From: Octopus vulgaris
Lineage: Eukaryota
NCBI GenBank assembly: GCA_951406725.2
Contig: OX597843.1
Location: forward strand, 434,001-498,000
Reading direction: 5' to 3'
DNA: 64,000 nucleotides
Both the position numbers and the translations under genes were made by a program. Shown piece by piece: positions 13,230-26,123 of the stretch; the first letter of the stretch is position 1, and every line of letters starts with the position of its first letter. The notes beneath the pieces are model-generated. The model made no database searches, had not been told where the DNA came from, and saw nothing but the letters and a program-made list of their open reading frames with translations.

Positions 13230-13635
13230 GGCGCAGGAGTGGCTGTGTGGTAAGTAGCTTGCTTACAAACCACATGGTTCCGGGGTTCAGTCCCACTGCG
13301 TGGCATCTTGGGCAAGTGTCTTCTACTAAAGCCTCGGGCCGATCAATGCCTTGTGAGTGGATTTGGTAGATGGAAACTGAAAGAAGCCCGTCGTATATAT
13401 ATATATATATATGTGTATGCGTGTGTGTGGGTCTGTGTTTGTCTCCCTAGCATTGCTTGACAACCGATGCTGGTGTGTTTACGTCTCCGTTACTTAGCGG
13501 TTCGGCAAAAGAGACCGATAGAATAAGTACTGGGCTTACAAAGAATAAGTCCCGGCGTTGAGTTGCTCGATTAAAGGTGGTGCTCCAGCATGGCCGCAGT
13601 CAAATGACTAAAACAAGTAAAAGAGAGTAAAAGAG
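13230..13635 (+). mobile_element. SINE family A, full length, followed by two inverted partial copies (13680-13980)
   Basis: Matches 1247-1660. Confidence 0.9.
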
Positions 13636-14624
13636 AGAGAGAGAGAATGAATAAAAACCTGTAGATTTAGCAGTCATACAATGGGCTTCTTTCAGTTTCC
13701 ATCTGCCAAATCCACACACAAGGCTTTGATTGGTTTCAGGCTCTAGTAAAAAAAGACAGTTGCTCAAGGTGCCACGCAGTGGGACTGAACCCGGAACCAT
13801 GTTTTTGGTAAGCAAGCTACTTACCACACAGCCACTCCTACGCCTATATATATATATATATATATACGACGGGCTTCTTTCAGTTTCCGTCTACCAAATC
13901 CTCTCACAAGGCTTTGGTTGGCCAGAAGCTATAGTAAAAGACACTTGCCCAAGGTGCATGCAGTGGGACTGAACCCAGACCTACATAGTTTGAAGCAAAA
14001 TTTTTACCACACTGCCAAGAGGGCCCGCAATGGGACTGAACCCAAACCCGCATGGTTACAAAGCAAGCATCTATACCACACAGCCACAAGCATATCATAT
14101 ACTTCAACAGAGACACAACACAACCACCACCAATATCACCACTACCACCACATACTACTATCACCTATACCACATTACACCTCAGCATATATACAACACC
14201 ATCACCACCACCACCACCCACCACAAAACTAATTTATACCTCAACAGACAAATAACGCCACAACTACCACAACCACCACCACCACCACCACCTATACTGT
14301 AATGCCATTAACAGTGAAAACTGCGATAAAATTTGAATTTTTGATTTCTATGGTTGTTTTATAGAATTTGGTTCAGTGGAGAATGTCGGTGGTGATGGGG
14401 GTGGGGGACGTGTATTAATATAAATGCATATATATATATATATATGTGTGTTTATGTATGTATATATGTATATATATATATATACATATATATACATATA
14501 TACATATATATATATATGTATATATGTGTATATATATATATATACATATATATACATATATATATATATATGTATATATGTGTATATATATATATACATA
14601 TATATACATATATATATATATGTA

Positions 14625-14720
<96 letters not shown>

Positions 14721-14744
14721 TGTATGTATGTATGTATTTAGTTG

Positions 14745-15152
14745 ATAGAGGGAGACAGAAATATAGACAGAAGGAGAGGAAGAACATGGAGAGAGAGAGA
14801 AAGAAGGAAAGAGAGATTGGAGAGAGAGAGTAAGAGGGAGGGAGAGAGAGAGAGAGAGTGAATTGTGGGCAAGAAAAAGGGGAGATATAGAGAGAGAACG
14901 GACAGGGAAAGAGAGAGAGAGATATATAGTAAATAGAGGAAGAGGGAGGACATAATGAGAGAGAGAAAGTGAAATGGAGAGAGAGAGAGAAACAGATATA
15001 GTAGACAGAGGGAGAGAGGAAGAACATAGGGAGAGAGGCAGATATATTAGACAGAGAAAAATGTAGGAGAGAGAGAGAAGGTGAAATAGTAGAGAGAGAG
15101 AGAGAGAGAGATTGGGGCACTCATAGTAGAGATAAAGTGAGAGACACAAATA

Positions 15153-15188
<36 letters not shown>

Positions 15189-15725
15189 AGTTGAGAGAGA
15201 AAATGAGAAACGGAGACAAATATAGTAGAGAGAGAGAAAGGGAGGAGGAAGTAGAAGTGAATAAGAGGGGGGGGGAAGAAGTGAGAGAGAGAGAGAGAGT
15301 TGAGAGAAGCAGAGAAAGAAAGAGTTCAGAGAAGCAGAGAAACATACAGTTATAGTAGGGAGGGAGAAATAGAGACAATATAATAGAGAGAGAGAGAGAG
15401 AATGGGAAATAAAACAGAGAGAGGAAGAGAGTTGAGAGAGGGAGAGTAAGATAGAGTTCAGAGAGAGAGAGACAAAGAAAGATATAGTTATAGTAGAGAG
15501 GGAGAAAGAGAGACAATGTAATAGAGAGAGAGAGAGAGAGAAAGAAAGATATAGTTATAGTAGAGAGGGACAAAGAGAGACAATGTAATAGAGAGAGAGA
15601 GAATGGAAGAAGGACAGTAAGAGAGGAAGACAAAAGCGGAAGAGAGAGAGATATACAGAGAGAGAGAGAGGAGGAGGAGGAGGAGGTAGACAATGAACAG
15701 AGTGAATGGAGATGAAGGAGAGTAG
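14745..15725. repeat. ~1-kb GA-rich polypurine tract
   Basis: Direct reading: (GA)n with degenerate ATAGTTATAGTAGAGAGGGA subunits. Confidence 0.9.
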
Positions 15726-16058
15726 CAGACAAGAAAAAGAAAAGAAAAAAATTAGGAAAATACAGAAAAACAAAGGAAAATTTGTTTGTTTTTTTTTGTT
15801 TTTCTTTTGTTTTGTTTCAACAACAAAAAAATATTTTAATGAATACAATTGTTTCGCAGTATTTGAAAATTGCATATTTGAGATTATTTGTATAGTTGAT
15901 GTTATTGTTGTTGTCGGTGTTGCTCTAGTGTTTAGCCCAAGGTCAGCTCTCGTCCAGTAAGTAGACCTGGCTTTTTATCTTTCGTCTTTTACTTGCACCG
16001 ACCATTAGACTGCGGTCATGCTGGGGCACCGCCTTGAAAAATGCAGACACACTGAAAG

Positions 16059-16204
16059 TACCTTATTTACATTTGACGGATATTTGTCCTCATCTTGTTT
16101 GTTGTTAACACAACGCTTCGGCTGATATACTCTCCAGCCTTCTTCATCAGGTGTCTTGGGGAAATTTCGAACCTGGGTTCTCATTCCTAAGGTATTTTTT
16201 CGAT
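16059..16204 (-). mobile_element. Family K short element with hammerhead-ribozyme motif (copy 1)
   Basis: Minus strand 16107-16155: GACAC-CTGATGA-AGAA-GGCTG-GAGAGTATAT-CAGCC-GAAG-CGTT-GTGTT. Confidence 0.65.
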
Positions 16205-16256
16205 CCCCCCACACACACCTCCTCAAATTCCAGGCCTTGTGCCTATAGTAGAAAGG

Positions 16257-16297
<41 letters not shown>

Positions 16298-16338
16298 CAA
16301 ACTAACCCCAAGATTCCGAGTTTGATTCCAGGCAGTGA

Positions 16339-16395
<57 letters not shown>

Positions 16396-16396
16396 C

Positions 16397-16500
16397 CCAA
16401 ATATATGGCACAGAACTTCCAACCTGTTGTCTCTTGAGGTCTCTGGGTGAGACTTGAAGCCAACTTGTACAGAGATAAAGCAAAAAGTCAAACAGAGAAT
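16397..16500 (+). mobile_element. 3' UTR fragment of a Dong/R4-like retrotransposon inside (AAT)n
   Basis: Matches the reverse complement of 25252-25375, which lies downstream of a Dong/R4-type ORF C-terminus. Confidence 0.7.
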
Positions 16501-16574
16501 AATAATTATTGTTATTATCATCATCATCATTATTAAACTAACCCCAAGATTCCGAGTTTGATTCCAGGCAGTGA

Positions 16575-16605
<31 letters not shown>

Positions 16606-16620
16606 GATAATAACAACAAC

Positions 16621-16770
16621 ATCGAAAAACCTGAGGAATGAGAACCCAGGTTCAAAATTTCCCCAAGACACTTGAAGAAGGCTGGAGAGTATATCAGTCA
16701 AAACGTGTTAACAACAAACAAGATGAGGACAAATATCCGTCGAATGTATATAATGTAAATAATTCCTCAT
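16621..16770 (+). mobile_element. Family K element (copy 2, inverted relative to copy 1), degenerate hammerhead
   Basis: 16667-16709: GACAC-TTGAAGA-A-GGCTG-GAGAGTATAT-CAGTC-AAAA-CGTGTT; the rest matches copy 1. Confidence 0.65.
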
Positions 16771-17400
16771 CGCTTAAATACTGAACACTGAGAGTTCTAT
16801 AATAGTGGGATGGACAAACATAAAGATAGTGACACACTGACAAGTATATTATCTGTTCTCTTTTACTTGTTTCAGTCATTAGACTGCGGCCATGCTGGAG
16901 CACCACCTTGAAGGGTTTAGCTGAACAAATCAACCCCAGGACGTATTTTTAAGCCTAGATTTCTTTTCCTGAACTACTAGGTTACAGGGACGCAAACAAA
17001 CCAACACTAGTTGTCAAGCTGTGGGGAACATACTAAACACACACACACACAAACATATTTTTGTCTTTTATCTTTTAGTTGTTTCAGTCATTAGGCTGGC
17101 CATGCTGGGGCACCACCTTGAATTTTTTAGTCAACTGAATCAACACCCACAAATTCTTTTTTCTTTAAGCCTGATACTTATTCTGTCTTTTGCTACACGA
17201 CTAGGTTACAGGGACATAAACACACCAACACCAGTTGTCAAGTGGTAGTGAAGGACAAACACACAGTCACACGCACATATGTGGATATGCGTGTGTATAT
17301 ATATACACACATGTATATATACATATATATATATACATACAGATATATACATATAGATATACATATATATACATACAGATATATATATATATACATACAG

Positions 17401-17434
<34 letters not shown>

Positions 17435-17841
17435 ATACATACAGATATATATATATATATACATACAGATATATATATATATATACATATATATATACAT
17501 ATATATACATATACATATATATATACATATATATACATATACATATATATATACATATATATATATACATATATATATATACATATATATATACATATAT
17601 ATATACACACATATATATACACATATATATATACACATATATATATATATATATACACATATATATATACACATATATATATATACACATATATATATAC
17701 ATACAATATATATACACATATATATATACATACATATATATATACACATGTATATATACATATATATACATATACATATATGCATACACACACATACACA
17801 CATACATACACACACACATACACACACACACACACACACAT

Positions 17842-17872
<31 letters not shown>

Positions 17873-18495
17873 AAACAGGCTTCTTTCTCCCTCTTTCACA
17901 CATGTACATACACACACACAATGAGCTTCTTTCAGTTTCTGTGAAACTAAATCCACTCTCAAGGCTTTGATCAGCCCAAGGCTATCAAGGAAGAAACTGG
18001 ACCCAAGCCCATGTGGCCGCAAAGCTACTCTAACAACAACACCAGCAACAGTAGGACAACAGTGATAACAAAAACAAACGGTGGAGGAGGTGGGAAGTGA
18101 CTCCCACCCACCCTGTACCAGTGACAGATGGGGTAGAGGAGGAAGCTTCCCACACCACCTCCATCACCACCATGACAACAAGAGTGACAGCAACACTAGA
18201 TATTGTCAGCTATGTCCAAAACTAAATATAGAAATGATGCAAGTGGGTTTTAGATGAAGGTTTGATGAGAAAGTAAGGGTCAAACACACAGCAAACAGAT
18301 GTTGATGTTTTAGCCCTAGGCCAACAACGACTGGCCAACACCTATGATAAAAAAACCCAGGTACTATCCAGAGCAATCCAATGTTAGTTTTACTTTTTAT
18401 TATTCTTTTTGTAACTTCCGTCCTTTGTTAGACCTTGTGGCCAATAAACGAATTAATTAATTATTATTATTATTATTATTGTTATTATTATTATT

Positions 18496-19041
18496 GAATG
18501 AGAGAGCAGTGCATGCCATCAAAGTGACACTGGGGTAAAATATACGAAGATCAGTATACCCATCATCACTTCCCATCTGATAAGGGTACACCAGACACAT
18601 GCATCACAACCATATGTGCGCGACATGGTGATCGCATATCAAGATAAAACCAGCACATGACCTTGCAGATGGGGCCCCGGTTACAATTTTCTTCAGGTGG
18701 AGTAGCCCATCCCGCACAAAAGGTCCCTGAATAAGGGTTGTTTAAGGATGTTGAACGAAACACACATGTTTCTAAAGGTGAATTATCTGAACCACAAAGA
18801 TTTCCTCTCAACGCATGGCTATGATGCTCCCCCACTAATTCTGCTCATGATCAGAGATGCACATATCATCATGCTCAACTGGTTAAGGTCAAACAACTGA
18901 CAAGCAAACCTGTGGTATTGAGCAGAATATTTGCTGTAGTCCATCTTTTATACCAAGACAAAACAATGTACATGATAACACTTCCAATCAGTTAAGATCA
19001 GAAGCCATGAAAAGCCACTGCCTGGTACTGCCGCAGGGCAT
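18496..19041. mobile_element. ~545-bp non-coding interspersed element G flanked by (ATT)n on both sides
   Basis: Partial second copy at 2619-2947; microsatellite on both flanks; no credible ORF. Confidence 0.7.
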
Positions 19042-19044
19042 TTA

Positions 19045-19075
<31 letters not shown>

Positions 19076-19337
19076 AGGCGGTGAGCTGGCAGAATTATTA
19101 GCACTCTGAACAGAATACTTAGCAGTATTTCGCCTCTTGCTACGTTTTGAGTTCAAATTCTGCTGAGGTCAACTTTGCTTTCATCCTTTCAGGGTCAATA
19201 AGGACCAGTACAATAAGTGTGTGACTCTGGGAGGGGAAGGGGAATATGTTGAAGAAAATCATAATTAACTGATTCTCCTGTATTTTCTTTTACCAAAAGC
19301 CACCAACTTTTCTGCCCTCCCCCTGCATGTGTGCGTA

Positions 19338-19398
<61 letters not shown>

Positions 19399-19712
19399 TG
19401 CATGAGGGGGTGGAGACCCTATTGAGTCAATTACATCAACATCAAAATAAAAATCAAATGGAATTGTAGTTGTGATACCCATGCTGGTGGCACATAAAAA
19501 GCACCAACTGATCGTGGCCGTTGTCAGCCTCCCCTGGCCCCTGTGCTGGTGGCACGTAAAAAGCACCTATTACACTCACGGAGTAGTTGGTATTAGGAAG
19601 GGCATCCTAGGAAGGGCAGCCTCCTGACTTCCCAGACCCTGTTTGAAGCCTCCAATCCATGCTAGCATGGAAAATAGACATTAAACGACGACGATGATGA
19701 TGATGATGATAT

Positions 19713-19761
<49 letters not shown>

Positions 19762-20855
19762 GGGTACTGGAAAGTTTTTGGCTTGAAGAGTATTGCGAAA
19801 GGCCTGGATTTGAGTCCCAGCTTTCAGAGTTCTTTTACAGGGTTTACAAAAACCGAAGGACCCCTGCAATAAGTGTGTGAATAAAATCCTAATTAACTGA
19901 TTTTCCTGGCTGGGCGAAATGCTTAGCGGTATTTCGTCTGCCGCTACGTTGTGAGTTCAAATTCTGCCGAGGTCGACTTCGCCTTTCATCCTTTCGGGGT
20001 CGATAAATTAAGTACCAGTTACGCACTGGGGTCGATGTAATTGACTTAATCCCTTTGTCTGTCCTTGTTTGTTCCCTCTGTGTTTAGCCCCTTGTGAGTA
20101 ATAAAGAAATAGGTATTTTCTTTTACCCAAAAGCACCCAGCTTTGTAAGAGAGAATACAGGACAGAGGGTTAAGAAGGGTTTATGGGTCAGTGCACAAGA
20201 TTGTGAGAGGTGAGTGACAGATCTTCAGAGAACAGTGGGTGAGGGTAGAAATGAATGGAGCGGAATAACATACAAGGGTGGAAGAAATATGGGAGGTGGC
20301 GTGGTAGTGGTGGTAAATATCAATACGGTGGGGGGAGAAGGGAGAGGTGAAAGAAATAGAAGGGGTCAGGACCAATAGAACTAAATCAAAAATAGCAGCT
20401 GTGATTTATAAATCTGACAGGAAAGTGTTGTCTTTAAGTGGTGGAAGTCACTAAATCATATTTCAACTTATTTTTCTGTGTTTTTTTTTTTTTGGTTTTT
20501 TCGTTTTCTATGGAAAAACTTTGGAGTTGTGGAGTTTCTGAGCTTGTTTTGTTTTGGCTTTTTTTTTTGCTATTTCTTTTTTTTTTTGTGTGGTTTTCTG
20601 TTTTTTTTTTTTATATGTTATTTATTGGTATTTCTCTTATTTTATTTTTAACTGTAAAAACAGAAGGTTTTAAGAGGAAAGCAATAAATTATATTCTATG
20701 TATGTATGTGTGAGTTGTTTTTGCATATGTACGTAGGTGTTTGTGTGTATACAAGTGTGTGTGTGTGTGTGTGTGCATAAGATAGAATACATCTGTGTTT
20801 ATTCATATGCATTTACAGATTATCTGAAGTATATCTGCGGCTGCATATATGTATG

Positions 20856-20886
<31 letters not shown>

Positions 20887-20903
20887 ATGTATATATATAT
20901 ATA

Positions 20904-21000
<97 letters not shown>

Positions 21001-21106
21001 ACACACACACTTATGTATGATTGTATATATAAACATATATAGATATATGAAGTATATCTGCGGCTGCATATATGTATGTATATATATATATATATGTGTG
21101 TGTATG

Positions 21107-21139
<33 letters not shown>

Positions 21140-21805
21140 ACACACACACACTTATGTATGATTGTATATATAAACATATATAGATATATGTATGTAAATA
21201 TATAAATGTATGCATGTATGTACATATATATATATGTGTGTGTGTGTGTGTGTATGTATGTATATACATACATATGTGCATGAATGTATTTATGTGCATA
21301 TACATACATATATGTATGTGTTTATCTCTCTCTATCTATCTATATATATATATGTATGTATGTATGTATGTACGTATATGTGTAGACATATGTGTATACA
21401 TTTGTGTGTATGTGTGTACACATTTACAAGGATATGTATTTGTATGGTTTGTAAATACACACATGTATACATATATGTATACATATGTATATTTACACAC
21501 CCACACACTCACATGGCGGGGGGGGAGGGTGAAGAGAGAGAGATGTGAGGTGACATGAAATGCTCATGTTGATATGGCGACAACAACAGCATCATCATCA
21601 ACAACTATAATGGCAGTAGTCTCTCATCTTTGTGTTTCGTTTTACATTTTTTTTGTAATGTAACCAAGGAATGACTCTGATGTGTTGTCAAATGGACAGC
21701 CATGTATACACACACACACTTCATACATGCATGCACATACATACAGCTATATATACACATATGCACATACATATCTATATATCTGCATACGTAGATACAT
21801 CTACA

Positions 21806-22955
21806 TCAATGGTTCTCCGTATGGTCCTTGAGGGCCTATATAAGGTTTTGTGGGAACCATGCAACGAAATAACAAATCGGGGACCCACAAAAGTATTTTA
21901 AGAGCCCCTGAATAAATTTTGCTCTAGATGTATGTATTGGTTATATATTGCAAGAAATAGCTGGGTTCCTTTCTCTAACATTTTACATAGTTCAACCTAC
22001 ACAAGTTAATGTGTGGAAAACAAAATAGGAATTTGGAAAAAAGTTTCCAAAAAACTATTTTTTAAGCATCGAATGGCTATCAGGGTTCACTACAATAATA
22101 CAGTAATCAAAGGAGTCCATAGATAAGAAATGGTTGAGAACGACATCTTACATAGTTCAGCCTATACATGTTGATGTATGGAAAACAATATAGGAATTTT
22201 GAAAGATAGAAATATTAATATTTCTAAATCTCTCTAAAGGACACTACAGCAACAGTACTGGATATTAATAGCTGTCACCAAACTAACATGGCAGTCGAGA
22301 AAACTAGGACAAATGCTGTCAATGATTAGCTCCAGGAGGCCATCACCTCTGGCTAGCTAAGTGACACACAAACCTGTATCACATAGCTAGCTAGAGGCGA
22401 TGGCCTCTTGGAGCTAATCAACGGCAGTATTTGTCCTATTTTCCTGGATTGCCATGTTAGCTTGGTGATAACTATTGATAATTTTGAAAGAAGTTTCTAT
22501 AAAACTAGGTTTTAGACATCGAATGGCTATGGGGGCTCACTAGAATAATATAGTAATCAAAGGGGTCCATAGATAAAAAAGGGTTAAGAATGACATTTTA
22601 CATGGTTCAACCTACACAAGTTAATGTGTGGAAAACAAAATAGGATTTTTGGAAAGAAGTTTCTATAAAACTAGTTTTTAAACATCGAATGGCTATAAGG
22701 ACCAATAGAATGAAATAGTGATCAAAGGGGTCCGTAGATAAAAAATGGTTGAGAACCCCTGCTTTAGATGTATGCAAGAAACAGCTGGGTTTCTTTCTCT
22801 AACATTTTACATAGTTCAACCTACACAAGTTAATGTGTGGAAAATAAAATAGGAATTTGGAAAGAAGTTTCTAGAAAACTTGTTTTTAGACATCAAATGG
22901 CTATGGGGGCTCACTAGAATAAAATAGTAATCAAAGGGGACCATAGATAAAAAAA
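21806..22955. mobile_element. Non-autonomous hAT/Charlie-like DNA transposon relic with tandemly duplicated 3' subterminal segment
   Basis: 3' terminus AAAATGGTTGAGAACCCCTG followed by CTTTAGAT at about 22742-22769 (Charlie-type TIR and target); the GTTCAACCTACACAAG..CCATAGATAA segment occurs about 4 times. Confidence 0.6.
22207..22479. mobile_element. Fold-back insertion (about 100-bp imperfect arms) flanked by a 12-bp direct repeat
   Basis: Arms about 22263-22365 and 22378-22480; AATTTTGAAAGA at 22195-22206 and 22480-22491. Confidence 0.75.
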
Positions 22956-23087
22956 GGAACCCTTTGCTTCCCAACCAAGTGATTTTGCACTGAGTGTCAC
23001 TATATGACCCTTCAAATAAAGGTCTTCTAATATAACCCAGGGCTGACCAAACCCATGTGAGTGGATTTCAAAGATAGAAACTATATA

Positions 23088-23401
23088 TGGCTCAGTGGCT
23101 GGGACATTCAGCTCACAATTGTAAGGTCGTGAGTTCAGTCCTTGGCAGCAGATTGTGTCCTTGAGCAAGACACTTTATTTCACGTTGTTCCAGTTCACTT
23201 AACTGGCAAAAATGAGTTGTACATGTTATTCAAAGGGGCCAGTCTTGGCACATTCTGTGTTACACTGAACCTGTCTCTGGACTATGTTGATGCTACATGT
23301 GTCTGTGGAGTGCTCAGCCACTTGCACATTAATTTCACGAGCAGGCTGTTCCGTTGATCGGATCAACCGGAACCCCCCACTGTCGTAACCAATGGAGTGC
23401 C
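23088..23401 (+). mobile_element. tRNA-derived SINE family F
   Basis: TGGCTCAGTGG A box, GAGTTCAGTCC B box, TTGTGTCCTTGAGCAAGACACTT core-like region shared with the SINE at 50215. Confidence 0.75.
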
Positions 23402-23661
23402 TATCATTTATGTGTGAGTGTGTGTGTGTGTATTCTTGTGTGAGTTGTCTTGTCTTGATACCGTGTGATAGTTGTAAACGAGTGTAGTTCATGTCCAATC
23501 TTCCATGTAAAATATGTCCAGCCTTGGGGGAAAAATTGCATTGCTTGGCAACAGGTAGGGGCTGCTGAAAGTAAGGGCCTCTGCCCATACAAAATCTGCC
23601 TCAGGGAATTCTGTCTGATCCACACCAGCTTGGAGAAGTGGAGATAAAAACAACAACAATG

Positions 23662-23692
<31 letters not shown>

Positions 23693-23778
23693 TGGTGGTA
23701 GTGGTGGCCATCAACTCAGTTTCGGGCATAACCCACTTTCTCTTCTGTGAACGTTACAGACATATGGCTGTAACATAG

Positions 23779-23944
23779 GCGCAGGAGTGGCTTTGTGGTA
23801 AGTAGCTTGCTAACCAGCCACATGGTACCGGGTTCAGTCCCACTGCGTGGCATCTTGGGCAAGTGTCTTCTACTATAGCCCCGGGCCGACCAATGCCTTG
23901 TGAGTGGATTTGGTACACGGAAACTTAAAGAAGCCTGTCGTATA

Positions 23945-24001
<57 letters not shown>

Positions 24002-24205
24002 TATGTGTGTCTGTGTGTGTCCCCCTAGCATTGCTTGACAACCGATGCTGGTGTGTTTACGTCCCCGTCACTTAGCGGTTCGGCAAAAGAGACCGATAGA
24101 ATAAGTACTGGGCTTACAAAAGAATAAGTCCCGGGGTCGATTTGCTCGACTAAAGGCGGTGCTCCAGCATGGCCGCAGTCAAATGACCTGAAACAAGTAA
24201 AAGAG
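23779..24205 (+). mobile_element. SINE family A, full length
   Basis: Matches 1247-1660. Confidence 0.9.
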
Positions 24206-24467
24206 ATAACTTGTTTGATAGCATTTCCACCATGGAATGCACCCCTCCCCCTTTCGCAGTGCACTCACAGACCGATGACTGCCTAGACCTAATTTTGAAA
24301 TAAAATTTTTGGTGACAAATGTAGCGTGTAATTATGTCAAGGATTCACACCAACAGTGGCTCCGCCCCTCTTTGTACACACACACTCTCTCTCTCACACT
24401 CATATAAACATGTGTGTGTCAAAAAATGACATCTTAGGTTGTTTCACCCTTGGTTGATTATGAATAT

Positions 24468-24838
24468 CATCATCATCATCATCGTCGTTTAACGTCCGTT
24501 CTCCATGCTAGCATGGGTTGGACGGTTCGACCGGGGTTCTGGGAAGCCAGAAGGCTGCACCAGGCTCCAGTCTGATCTGGCAGTGTTTCTACAGCTGGAT
24601 GCCCTTCCTAACGCCAACCACTCCGTGAGTGTAGTGGGTGCTTTTTATGTGCCACCTGCACAGGTGCCAGGCGGGGCTGGCAACGGCCACGGTCAGATTG
24701 GTGTATTTTATGTGCCACCGGCACGGAAGCCAGTCGAGGCGGTGCTGGCATCGGCCACGAGTCGGATAGTGCTTTTTACGTACCACCAGACCAGGGATCC
24801 TGGCTGGTTCAATTCGATTTCGATTTCGCTTGCCCCAA
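24468..24838 (-). mobile_element. SINE-like family C
   Basis: (CAT)n end plus GGATGCCCTTCCTAACGCCAACCAC; internal repeats. Confidence 0.8.
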
Positions 24839-25004
24839 CATATTTATTACTAATAACAAATCTCTGAACGAGGTATAAACAGTAACTGCACGACAATGTG
24901 AAGTATATTTGCCACTTAAATGTGGCTAACCACTAAGGGTGGATGCTACTGTAGCTTGTAGCCCCAGGAGAACATCTTCTCCAGCTGGCTATTGACACAC
25001 TTTC

Positions 25005-25040
<36 letters not shown>

Positions 25041-25251
25041 CACCTGTCTTCTCATTCTGAGTTCAAATGCCATGGGGGTCGGACTTTGCTTTTCATCCTT
25101 TCAGGGTCAATAAACTAAGTACCAGTTACACACTGGGGTCAATGTAATTGACTCATCCCCTTCCCCAAAAATATCGGGCCTTGTGCCTATAGTAGAAAGG
25201 ATTATTATTATTATTATTATTATTATTATTGTTATTATTATTATTATTATT

Positions 25252-25552
25252 ATTCTATGTTTGACTTTTGCTTTATATTTGTACAAGTTGGCTCCAAGTC
25301 TCACCCGGAGACCTCAAGAGATACCAGGTTGGAAGTTCATGTTGTTGTTATGCCTAGTGTGCCATATATTTGGTTGTTTTTTGTGTTGTACTAGTGGATG
25401 TCTAAAAAAAAAAATGTTTGTTTTAAAATTTGAGATTACATAGAAAGTATTTTGCGTAGGATATGAGCAGTTCCCATGAGCACTATCTTTTGAATTTCTG
25501 CCATTTTTGGGTTTCCTGGTATCTGAGTTAGGTAGCGATCAGCCCCTTTTGC
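25252..25552 (-). mobile_element. 5'-truncated Dong/R4-clade (restriction-like endonuclease) retrotransposon 3' end
   Basis: Minus strand 25552-25436 translates AKGADRYLTQIPGNPKMAEIQKIVLMGTAHILRKILSM*, resembling the Q-K-x-x-L-x-G-T-A-H-I-L-R C-terminus of R4/Dong ORFs; (TAA)n on both sides. Confidence 0.75.
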
Positions 25553-25563
25553 TTATTATTATT

Positions 25564-25757
25564 TAGCTTGAGGGATATTGGTACCAGATTTCTGTAGATG
25601 TTACCAAGTGTTGGGTATGATCCCCAACTGATGTTCTGTATCTTTCTGAGCAGGTTGGTATATGGTCTATCGAGTTGTTTTTCTAAGGGAGCTGATAAGG
25701 TCGGCAGCCTGAGAAACTATGACAAAACAGAATCTGGAGTTCGATACAGTCCTCTGG
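25564..25757 (-). pseudogene. Degenerate RTE-clade reverse transcriptase C-terminal fragment
   Basis: Minus strand translates [46 protein letters not shown], resembling the RTE-type WTL..LD..YT..LR...NISW..HPT...IYGNLPPIS segment. Confidence 0.65.
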
Positions 25758-26123
25758 CTCTCTCTTACACACACACACACACATGCACACACACACACAC
25801 ATGCACGCACACACATGTGCACACACACACATGTACACACACACATGCACACACACACATGCACATACATGCACACACACGCACACACACATACACACAC
25901 ACATATATAAGGTAGTGCTCCAGCATGGCCCTATCTTGATTGTTTGAAACAAACTAAGGTACTTCATACAAGATGAACCAACAACAATAACAACAACCAC
26001 AACAGCAGTGGGTTTTGACTTGGAGGTAGTATAACACAGAAAGAGAAAGGCAAGAGAAAGAGGGGAGAGAAAGAGAGAGAAAGTAGTGTGTGGTTGTTAA
26101 AAAGACTTATTGAATGAAAAATT

